DNA of 64,000 bases, taken from positions 4,499-68,498 of the forward strand of contig LURR01000004.1 of NCBI GenBank assembly GCA_001628485.1, in the 5' to 3' direction. Positions within the stretch are counted from its first letter, which is position 1, and the number at the start of each line of letters is the position of its first letter. Origin of the DNA: Marine group II euryarchaeote REDSEA-S11_B3N4. Its GTDB lineage: Archaea; Thermoplasmatota; Poseidoniia; Poseidoniales; Thalassarchaeaceae. This document shows positions 27,607 through 35,553 of the stretch, in pieces. The notes below the pieces were generated by a model, which did no database searches, was not told the DNA's origin, and saw only the letters and a program-made list of their open reading frames with translations. The translations under genes and the position numbers were made by a program.

Positions 27607-28443
27607 TTATTTTCCTACCCATTCTGCATCGGATCTCTCCAGGAATGCCGTGACCCCGATCTCCTTATCCTCGGTATCGAAAAGGGCGACGAACTCAGAG
27701 CGCTCCATCAAGACCCCTTCGGAGAATGGTAGTTCCAAGGCCCCCCTTACTGCTCGTTTTGCTACCTTCGTGACATGTGGGGACTTCTTGGAAATCTCCG
27801 TAGCTAGCTTCATGGTTTCTTCCTCTAAGTCATCGTTAGGTACAATCCTGTTGACTATTCCCATACTTAGCGCGTCCTCTGCACCCACCATGCCGCCTGA
27901 GAGAACGATCTCCATGGCCCTCCCGTATCCTACCAATCTGCATAGCCTTTGAGTCCCCCCTCCTCCAGGAATGAGGCCAAGGTTGATCTCGGGCTGACCG
28001 AATGTTGATCGCTCTGAAGCGAGTCTGATATCACATGATAACGCCAGTTCCGTCCCCCCTCCTAGTGCGAATCCATCGACCATTGCTATTGTTGGCTTAG
28101 AGACGTTCCAAACTGCCTCCCATGCATTATCCTCGAAGAATGGACGTACGTCATCAGAGTCCTTTCCAGCGAACTCAGAGATATCCGCGCCGGCTGCGAA
28201 TGCGTGTGGCTTGGGCCTCTTTCCCTCCCGTGGTTCCAGAGGGGTGGCTCCTTTGATCACTATGCATCGGACATTATCATCTGAGTTTACCCTAGCACAC
28301 TCCTTCTTGATTGCCTTGTGTGATTCTGTATTCAGGGCGTTTAGTTTGTCTGGTCTGTTTAGTGTCCAGACTGAAATGATTCCTCCCTTGGGATTGGAAC
28401 CATCGACCTCAACGTCCTCTACGGTCATTACATCTTGAGCCAT
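27607..28443 (-). CDS. enoyl-CoA hydratase
   Basis: 278 aa. Canonical crotonase blocks FAAGADISEF, AMVDGFALGGGTELALSCDIRLA and catalytic-Glu region FGQPEINLGLIPGGGGTQRL. Confidence 0.85.
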   Translation of the reverse strand: MAQDVMTVEDVEVDGSNPKGGIISVWTLNRPDKLNALNTESHKAIKKECARVNSDDNVRCIVIKGATPLEPREGKRPKPHAFAAGADISEFAGKDSDDVRPFFEDNAWEAVWNVSKPTIAMVDGFALGGGTELALSCDIRLASERSTFGQPEINLGLIPGGGGTQRLCRLVGYGRAMEIVLSGGMVGAEDALSMGIVNRIVPNDDLEEETMKLATEISKKSPHVTKVAKRAVRGALELPFSEGVLMERSEFVALFDTEDKEIGVTAFLERSDAEWVGK

Positions 28444-28484
28444 GCAACTCCGAACGGGTCGTATCGCTTCAACGTATCACTAGA

Positions 28485-29390
28485 CTAGTCATCTGCCCCA
28501 ACCGGAGGCGGTAGATCGGGGAGTGGGGGCGGTGGAATCGGCATCCCCTGAGAAGGGGGGAGAGGAAATTCGCCCTCTATTTCCTGGTCTTGGATTTCAT
28601 CGGTATCAGCTTGCATTCCTCTAGGAGCATCCAATGAGACACGGATCTTTAGAACACGCTCGTCATCGATTCTGACGTAAGCGATTCCCTGAGGTATAGA
28701 GGCATCGGGCTCTTCTGGCTCATACATCACAGCCAAACCGTGTCCTGGGATACTAGTCAGAGTCGAGAGGTCTTCACCATCCTCTACTTCAGTCCACTTT
28801 CCAGCTTCTTCCGCCATTCTCTTGGACATCTCCAAGCGCCTTTCCTTGTGTAGCCTCTCTCTGAAAATCTCCCTCCTCTGTCTCTGCTGGTCTAGGTACC
28901 GATCGACCTCAGCTTCTGCCTGAAGTTCCGGATCTGCTTTTGCGATGTGGACCCTGGCAGTTCCCTCCGCCTCTTCCACCTGGAAATCGGGGGGATCTGT
29001 AGCATCCATGGAAATGGAGGGAGACTGTTCAGGCATGGATTGAGGCATTGGCAGGTCTGTAATTTCTGGACCCTTCTGCCTGCCTCTGCTCCTTCGAATC
29101 TTTGAATCCCTGATTTCGCCGGTTTTCTCTTCAGAGAGGACCGGTGCAGGGAGTTCGATATCTCCGAAAGTTGAGTCGACCTCGAGGACGACTTGACTCT
29201 CCTTGACAACGGAGGGTGCTGGACGCCTGCCTGTGAAAAGAATCATTGAGACTAGTAGGAGTATCAGAACCGCACCTGCGGCCTGCATTAGGAGCCCCTC
29301 GGGGACGATGAAAACAAGGTAAATTGGGATTGACACCACGGTCATTACGAACAGCAGGAGTCTGGTGGCGGTGACCATTACCCCGTCCAA
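28485..29390 (-). CDS. membrane-anchored hypothetical protein with coiled-coil and Pro-rich C-terminus
   Basis: 301 aa. Two N-terminal hydrophobic helices, charged coiled-coil-like middle, C-terminal PIPPPPLPDLPPP. Confidence 0.45.
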   Translation of the reverse strand: MDGVMVTATRLLLFVMTVVSIPIYLVFIVPEGLLMQAAGAVLILLLVSMILFTGRRPAPSVVKESQVVLEVDSTFGDIELPAPVLSEEKTGEIRDSKIRRSRGRQKGPEITDLPMPQSMPEQSPSISMDATDPPDFQVEEAEGTARVHIAKADPELQAEAEVDRYLDQQRQRREIFRERLHKERRLEMSKRMAEEAGKWTEVEDGEDLSTLTSIPGHGLAVMYEPEEPDASIPQGIAYVRIDDERVLKIRVSLDAPRGMQADTDEIQDQEIEGEFPLPPSQGMPIPPPPLPDLPPPVGADD

Positions 29391-29406
29391 GGAGGAGTGC
29401 TTCTAT

Positions 29407-30000
29407 TCACTTTGACGGGAGATTCAGGAGTTCGGAAACTCCCTTTAGAGCGAATCCACGATGCGAGATGGCTGATTTCTCATGAGAAGAGAGTTGGGCA
29501 CATGTCCTCCCATTTGCTTCATCCGGTATGAATATGGGGTCATAGCCGAAGCCAGAATCACCTGATATATTTTCTGAAATAACGCCTCTGCATATCCCTG
29601 TGGAGGTCAGTATATTTCCTTGGAAGGAGACTGCTGCAACAGCCCTGAATTCTGCACCCCGGTCTGTCTCCCCTGACATCAGACTTAGTACCCCGGACAA
29701 TCCGATTGTCTCATGTACGAACGAGGAATAAGGCCCCGGGAAGCCCGAAAGAGAATCGATGAAAAGACCGGAGTCCTCGACGAGTAATACCTCGTTCTCA
29801 AATTCTGTACCCATTGTTAGGGAAATGGCTTGTTCCAGCTTAGATATAGCAATCTCCTCAATTCCTTCTGCCTGTGGCTCGATTAAATCTGGGACCTGTC
29901 CTCCAATCAATAACCGCTCGATAACGAAACCCAGCGGAGAGAGTATGCCGGATGCTTCGGTTACCTTATTTTGGTTACCTGTGACAAAATGAACTCTCAT
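29407..30000 (-). CDS. non-canonical purine NTP pyrophosphatase (Ham1/RdgB/ITPase family)
   Basis: 197 aa. VHFVTGNQNKVTEA N-terminus, FGYDPIFIP and SHRGFAL motifs. Confidence 0.85.
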   Translation of the reverse strand: MRVHFVTGNQNKVTEASGILSPLGFVIERLLIGGQVPDLIEPQAEGIEEIAISKLEQAISLTMGTEFENEVLLVEDSGLFIDSLSGFPGPYSSFVHETIGLSGVLSLMSGETDRGAEFRAVAAVSFQGNILTSTGICRGVISENISGDSGFGYDPIFIPDEANGRTCAQLSSHEKSAISHRGFALKGVSELLNLPSK

Positions 30001-30009
30001 TATTCCAAC

Positions 30010-30744
30010 CTATCCGTGGTATCTGACCCTTCCCACAATCTTGTGAAATCTCTCGATGACATTGATAGCACTCTCCGAATCGCTATTTTGGCACTCGGAA
30101 TCCATGTAACCTTGGCATACTCTTTCGATTGCATCGGGTATGTTTGTGTGACTTGAGCCCAAGCACTCCCTAAGGACTTGTAGATCGAGTCCGAAATGCT
30201 CCAATTCGGGAGATTGTCGGGAAAGTCCGAAGTCGATTAAATGTAGATTATCTTCTGAGACCATTATATTGTGAGTGGTTAGATCTCCGTGTGAGATTCC
30301 CATCTCATGCAATCTCCTAACCAATCCCCCGAGGGAATGTAGAATATCTTCAGAATATTCTTCTGATTTCAGAACGTCGTACAGGGTCTTTCCCTCGATT
30401 CTGGACAGCAACATTGTCGATTGGTCCGGTTCCATTAGCATCAGACTAGGCGAGGGGAACCCAGCAGCAGATAACCTGGATAGGACTCTGGCCTCTACCG
30501 CCATCCTCTGACGTGTCAGCCTTCTATCTAGGTCGGGATGCCGATATCTTCGAGGTCTGCGGTACTTTAGTACGGCCTTCCTACCGAGCCAAGAACCAGC
30601 CGTAACGATTGCCTCGGCCCCCTCATGAAGTACAATTTCGGGCTTCCAAATGTGAATCTCCGTACACTCCATGCAAACCGGACACCAGATGAGTTGAAAG
30701 CGGTTGCACTCCGACGGTTGATTGGTCAATATGGTTCTGGACAT
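30010..30744 (-). CDS. bud32: KEOPS complex serine/threonine kinase Bud32 (PRPK)
   Basis: HEGAEAIV, KYRRPRRYRHPDLDRRLTRQRMAVEARVL, HGDLTTHNIMV and IDFGLS are Bud32 hallmarks. An alternative start at the internal Met (30672) would give about 220 aa. The longer form has an N-terminal Cys cluster. Confidence 0.8.
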   Translation of the reverse strand: MSRTILTNQPSECNRFQLIWCPVCMECTEIHIWKPEIVLHEGAEAIVTAGSWLGRKAVLKYRRPRRYRHPDLDRRLTRQRMAVEARVLSRLSAAGFPSPSLMLMEPDQSTMLLSRIEGKTLYDVLKSEEYSEDILHSLGGLVRRLHEMGISHGDLTTHNIMVSEDNLHLIDFGLSRQSPELEHFGLDLQVLRECLGSSHTNIPDAIERVCQGYMDSECQNSDSESAINVIERFHKIVGRVRYHG

Positions 30745-30847
30745 GCCAGCGGCCCCGGTCCCGAGAGTTTTCTTGGGAACTTTTGGATACTCCGACTCAG
30801 AGATAGAGAAAGAGGCAATAAGGCTTCAATACGCAATCAAGCAGCCG

Positions 30848-31816
30848 ATGAGATGGAGTATCGAAATCTGCAAGTCACTGGCCCCTCTTACTCTAGAAAT
30901 AAATCGATTAAAGAAAGAAAAGGATGTTTTCCTAATTGCTCACTCTTACCAGACCCCTGACATCACATACGGGGTTGCAGACTCAGTAGCGGATAGTTAC
31001 GCCCTTTCAAAGGAAGCAAGAGATGCCCCTCAGCAGACCATACTTTTCTCAAGCGTCAGATTCATGGCAGAGACTGCAAAGATAGTCAGTCCCGAGAAGA
31101 CTGTATTGCATCCATCTCCAGATGCAGGCTGCTCACTGAGTGACAGCATTGAGGCTGGAGACGTAGTCAGATTGAAACAAGAGAATCCCGGGGTCCCAGT
31201 AGTTTGCTACATTAACACAAGTGCTGCTGTTAAGGCCGAGTGCGACGTTTGCGTTACCAGTAGCAATTATCTCAGAATCTGTGAAAGACTACCTGGAGAC
31301 AAGTTGATTTTCGTACCGGACAAGTACATGGGAAGGCATCTTCAGCAATCACTCCAAGGTCGCAAGGAAGTTATTCTGTACGAAGGAGAATGCGAGGTCC
31401 ATGCAGAGTTTACTGGCCCCAAGATAAGAAACTGGAAGAGTAGCATGGCTGAGAACGGAATCGATCTTATGGTTCTGAGTCATCCCGAGTGTGACTCGGA
31501 AGTGCTAGAAGAAAGTGACTTTGTAGGTAGTAGCGAGTTGTTGATGAAGGAGGCTATTCGACTTGCGAGCGTAGGAAAGAAGGACATGATGCTAATCACT
31601 GAATGCGGCACGGCAGACAGGGTTCTGGCTGAGACTGAAGACAACCTGAATCTGATGGGTGCCTGCGTAATGTGCAGGCACATGAAGAAGACTCAGTTGG
31701 AGGACATACTACAGGCACTGATGGATCCCACTACCGACCAGATTGTGGATATCCCAGAGGATACGATAAGAAGAGCCTCTAGGAGCCTAGATGAGATGTT
31801 CAGACTCGCTGAGTGA
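30848..31816 (+). CDS. nadA: quinolinate synthase NadA
   Basis: 322 aa from MRWSIEICK. EINRLKKEKDVFLIAHSYQTPDI N-terminal block and the three-fold repeat architecture with conserved Cys ligands. Confidence 0.85.
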   Translation: MRWSIEICKSLAPLTLEINRLKKEKDVFLIAHSYQTPDITYGVADSVADSYALSKEARDAPQQTILFSSVRFMAETAKIVSPEKTVLHPSPDAGCSLSDSIEAGDVVRLKQENPGVPVVCYINTSAAVKAECDVCVTSSNYLRICERLPGDKLIFVPDKYMGRHLQQSLQGRKEVILYEGECEVHAEFTGPKIRNWKSSMAENGIDLMVLSHPECDSEVLEESDFVGSSELLMKEAIRLASVGKKDMMLITECGTADRVLAETEDNLNLMGACVMCRHMKKTQLEDILQALMDPTTDQIVDIPEDTIRRASRSLDEMFRLAE

Positions 31817-33893
31817 CTATCTTGACCCCATATGACTGGAGAGTCCATAGGAAAATTAGCGGAATCATAGCTAGTATCGAGGCTTGTAGGAGAAGGGAGT
31901 TGCGGGGCTCTATTGTATCTATGAAAGAGTATACCAGCAATTGCTTCTCTCCTTGGTCATTTACTTCTATCCAGGCTAGTCGGTCGAGCAATATCTGAGG
32001 TTGAAACTGATTAACGTCATCGTCGAAGGTGTGCTGCCTAGTCTCTGCAGATTCGATGTAGTATACGTATACGTCATTATTCCTAAGTGAGTCTTGAGAT
32101 GTAGAGATGATGTCATCTCTGGTTACTTGGAGGAATGCAACCTTACCCTCCCCTATACTGGGGGAGGAGGAGTCCCACCTAGGATTAGAAATCAAAGTCT
32201 GATTGATCGATAACGTGTCAACTATGATTGTCCTATTGAAGGGGCCGACATCTACAGTCGCGACGAGCCAATTCGAGTCCATTACCAGTTCAACTATAGT
32301 GGAGTTCCCGAAATCTAGCAACGCACCAGAGTTCCTGATTGACTCTTCTATTCTATTGGATGAACGAGGGTCCAATAGGATTGTTAGCGTCAAATCAGAG
32401 TCTACCGAAGTTATGTTTACGGTAGGGCCAGAGGGGGAATTCTCAGAAAATGCCACTAGTGAACCCGAAGAGGCGATTACCGAGGAGTTCGATGCAGACT
32501 CTAGAATTCTAGTGGATCGGTCGCTAGTGTCCACTATTCTTAGACTCTCATTGGATAGCATCGCTATGTATCCAGAATCACTGGAAGCTGAGGAAATAGA
32601 AATGTCGATCAGGGATTCTACTGAAGGCTCGCTGAAAATTGGTTCGAGTGTTCCAGTCCCTGAGTCATGACGAAAGTAGTCGGCTCTGAATTCGTTATAA
32701 ATTACGAAACTGTTCCCTGAAGAGACGACTTGAGGGGTGCTTTCCCATGTCATTCCTCCCAATGTTCTATTTGTTTTTGATATGACGTTGGTAGCCGTAA
32801 TCGAAACCTCCTGGCCAGATTCCTCAATCCAAATCAACCACTCTCCCGAACCAGAGGCCGATGTAGGGGATTCAGCCTCGTCTATGGATATCTTCTGATG
32901 AGTGACGTCCCACAATAGAACTGATCCTGTTAGAAGGATTAGTGCCAGAATGATTGCGCCAGTCTGATTCTTTCCTGGTTCTTTGATTGGATCGAGAGAA
33001 CTTGTGAGTGAGTTTAGGGTGCTCCTTATCGAACCTCTCGGATTATCCAGTGTACGAGCTAGTCTCCTGGTGAAAAGTCTCTCATCGGCCAACCTCCAAA
33101 TTGGCTCATGTGTTCTTGAAGTGATGTTTACAGCGAGAATGGCAACCACCATTCCTCCGATTATGTCTACGAACCAGTGGATTCCGAGATATATTATCGC
33201 CACAGATGTCAGGCCAATGAAAATGATGAGGAAGAGTCGGAACCTGTGCCATCTTCCATCCTCATCCCATCTGTGCATCGTTAGCCAAATCGCAAACGGC
33301 AGACCGATGTGGAGACTGGGCATCCCATTTGTGAATGGATCAATTCTATTGAACCAATTATGAATTTCGGGTGTCAAGTCATATGCTATAGTCTCCATGC
33401 CTTGAATATAATTCCCTGTAACTTTGACATTCAGGAACAGGTAGAATGGTATTGCAAGTATGTACACCCAGAACATGGAAAGAGAAACTCTGTCGGCCAT
33501 GTGCCTATCATCAAAGTAGATTGGATAAATGAATGATGAGAAGACTGCCGTCATGAATCCCATGACGTAGAAGTGAGTCATAATCACGTCCAAGAAATCG
33601 TTCCTGAGCCCCTCTTGAACCCATAGGGAAGCATCACCTTCTATCGCATAAACTAGGAAAGTCATATCTAACTGGGTGTTGGCCATCAAAATCCTGTCTA
33701 GACCGTCAAGTAGATCCTTCCATAGATAGACCGAGAAGACAACTATCATGTGCGCCCAATATCGTCTGAACATATCGACGAATCCATCCAGGCTGATTCT
33801 TGCGAATTGGGGCTTGAACAGAGGCATCATTGCTATGCTGATTAGAATAGCACCTGTCACCCAGGTGATGTAGATGCCTGTTTCAGCAACCAT
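31800..33893 (-). CDS. PAP2-family membrane phosphatase fused to large extracytoplasmic Ser-rich beta-propeller-like domain with C-terminal TM anchor
   Basis: 697 aa. N-terminal polytopic domain with PAP2 motifs (RIDPF, MPSLHIG, GIHWFVDIIGG). A further TM follows, then about 350 aa of extracellular domain with repeated β-strand-like segments and a C-terminal TM (ILAMIPLIFLWTL). Confidence 0.55.
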   Translation of the reverse strand: MVAETGIYITWVTGAILISIAMMPLFKPQFARISLDGFVDMFRRYWAHMIVVFSVYLWKDLLDGLDRILMANTQLDMTFLVYAIEGDASLWVQEGLRNDFLDVIMTHFYVMGFMTAVFSSFIYPIYFDDRHMADRVSLSMFWVYILAIPFYLFLNVKVTGNYIQGMETIAYDLTPEIHNWFNRIDPFTNGMPSLHIGLPFAIWLTMHRWDEDGRWHRFRLFLIIFIGLTSVAIIYLGIHWFVDIIGGMVVAILAVNITSRTHEPIWRLADERLFTRRLARTLDNPRGSIRSTLNSLTSSLDPIKEPGKNQTGAIILALILLTGSVLLWDVTHQKISIDEAESPTSASGSGEWLIWIEESGQEVSITATNVISKTNRTLGGMTWESTPQVVSSGNSFVIYNEFRADYFRHDSGTGTLEPIFSEPSVESLIDISISSASSDSGYIAMLSNESLRIVDTSDRSTRILESASNSSVIASSGSLVAFSENSPSGPTVNITSVDSDLTLTILLDPRSSNRIEESIRNSGALLDFGNSTIVELVMDSNWLVATVDVGPFNRTIIVDTLSINQTLISNPRWDSSSPSIGEGKVAFLQVTRDDIISTSQDSLRNNDVYVYYIESAETRQHTFDDDVNQFQPQILLDRLAWIEVNDQGEKQLLVYSFIDTIEPRNSLLLQASILAMIPLIFLWTLQSYGVKIVTQRV

Positions 33894-33946
33894 TACGGAC
33901 TCTTGGGACTGTGACTACGTCATCAATTCGACGCAAGGATTAGACC

Positions 33947-34966
33947 TTAGATAATCCTTAGAGAACGTTGTGACCCCTTTTCGAGTTGCTCAACGATTCC
34001 TTCTACTATCGATTTGAATGCCTTGGCTGTTTCTCCCTCCGGCTCTGCGATGATTCGGTGCACTCCATCATCTCCTCCCCTAACTATTCCGGGATCGAAA
34101 GGGAGGGACCCTAGGAATGGGACCTCCAATTCTCTGGATGATTCTTCTCCTCCGCCTGACTTGAAGACATCCAGAGTGACTTCCCACCTTCCGTCATTAT
34201 CTGATTGGCAGTCGATTGGTACCCCTCCCGGGCCCATTATTGAAATCTTAGAGTTAGGTTCGGATTCCCCTCTGATAGTATAGCCGCTCATATTCTCAAC
34301 AACTCCCAGGACCGGAACTGAGATTGTTTTGGCGAAGTTGATCGACTTCCTACTATCTAGGAGTGCGACTTCTTGAGGAGTAGTCACAATAACTACGCCA
34401 TCTATCCCCGGGAGGCTCTGACTAACTGTCAATGGTTCATCACCAGTTCCAGGCGGGAAGTCGATAATCAGAGCGTCTAGTTCCCCCCATGCTACGTCAC
34501 CAATGAACTGCTGAATCGCTCCCAACTTTATCGGTCCGCGCCAGATTACCGGCTTGTCTGGATCCTCGAGTAGGAAGGCCATTGAAATCACCTTGACTCC
34601 AGCTGGCCCTTCGGCTGGATGAATCTGGCCCTCTTCGACGTTCAGGTCTGCATTTTCGAGACCTAGCATCTTAGGGACGTTTGGGCCTGTAATGTCAATA
34701 TCCATCAATCCGACCTTCTTTCCCTCGCGTGCTAGAGAAAGGGCAAGTCCTGTTGCAACCGTTGATTTTCCAACCCCTCCTTTGCCTGAGAGTACCATGA
34801 TTTTGTGTTTTATCTGCTCGTCCATCTTGCCGATTCTCATCTTCCTCTGCATCTGCTGGTAAGCCTGTTCCATCTGGACTCTCTGCTCGTTTGAGGCCTC
34901 CGAATTGCCTGTTTCCGCAGAGGATCCGGCAGGATGATGAGACACGGGAGAGTCAGCCATAGACAT
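33947..34966 (-). CDS. Mrp/NBP35/ApbC family iron-sulfur cluster carrier ATPase
   Basis: 339 aa. Deviant Walker A VLSGKGGVGKSTVA, CxxC-type region and ParA/MinD fold blocks (IIDFPPGTGDEPL). Confidence 0.85.
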   Translation of the reverse strand: MSMADSPVSHHPAGSSAETGNSEASNEQRVQMEQAYQQMQRKMRIGKMDEQIKHKIMVLSGKGGVGKSTVATGLALSLAREGKKVGLMDIDITGPNVPKMLGLENADLNVEEGQIHPAEGPAGVKVISMAFLLEDPDKPVIWRGPIKLGAIQQFIGDVAWGELDALIIDFPPGTGDEPLTVSQSLPGIDGVVIVTTPQEVALLDSRKSINFAKTISVPVLGVVENMSGYTIRGESEPNSKISIMGPGGVPIDCQSDNDGRWEVTLDVFKSGGGEESSRELEVPFLGSLPFDPGIVRGGDDGVHRIIAEPEGETAKAFKSIVEGIVEQLEKGSQRSLRII

Positions 34967-35063
34967 CCGTTCGAAGGGATATTATTGAAACCTATTCTGA
35001 AGAGATTTAGACTATATCCTGTATTGTGAATCGGTTAATTAGACACTACCGCACGCTGAGTAC

Positions 35064-35447
35064 GTGCGACTCCTGTTCGTTTGCGTTGGAAATACATGCA
35101 GAAGCCAGATGGCTGAGGCTATTGCTAGAGATTTGGGGCATAGCGCATCTTCTGCTGGAACCCATCCTCCGGAAGACAGAGGGGTGGCGCCAAATGCCTT
35201 GATAGTGCTTGAGGAAATTTCCGTAGACACCAAGGGACTTCATCCTAAATCTGTAGACCTTGTTGATCCAGAGAACTTTGACAAAATAATCAGCATGGGG
35301 TGTGGCGTTAGTTGTCCGGCCCTGCCAATAGACGAGGATTGGGGGTTGGAAGACCCGTTTGGTAGAGAGATTGAAGCCTATAGAAAAACGAGAGATGAAA
35401 TTAGAGCGAGAGTGAATGCGATTGTTGACGGGGGTACCGACGCTTAG
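35064..35447 (+). CDS. low-molecular-weight protein-tyrosine-phosphatase / ArsC-type arsenate reductase family
   Basis: 127 aa. CX5R P-loop LLFVCVGNTCRSQMAEA at the N-terminus. Confidence 0.75.
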   Translation: MRLLFVCVGNTCRSQMAEAIARDLGHSASSAGTHPPEDRGVAPNALIVLEEISVDTKGLHPKSVDLVDPENFDKIISMGCGVSCPALPIDEDWGLEDPFGREIEAYRKTRDEIRARVNAIVDGGTDA

Positions 35448-35476
35448 AAAAGCCGGTCGGTCCTGCAAAAGCCTGC

Positions 35477-35551
35477 GCGAGTGTAGTGTAGCGGTTATCA
35501 CCCCACGTTGCCAACGTGGGAACCCGGGTTCAAATCCCGGCACTCGCACCA
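35477..35551 (+). tRNA. tRNA-Gly (anticodon GCC)
   Basis: Hand-folded cloverleaf. Acceptor GCGAGTG/CACTCGC, D-arm GTGTAGCGGTtATCAC, anticodon stem CCACG/CGTGG with loop TTGCCAA (anticodon GCC), T-arm CGGG-TTCAAAT-CCCG, discriminator A, encoded CCA. Confidence 0.8.
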
Positions 35552-35553
35552 TT

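Noticed and set aside
35046-35552. 168-aa minus-strand ORF spanning the LMW-PTP gene and the tRNA
   Set aside because: It overlaps a clean tRNA-Gly cloverleaf and is antisense to a CDS carrying a CX5R motif. It is spurious.
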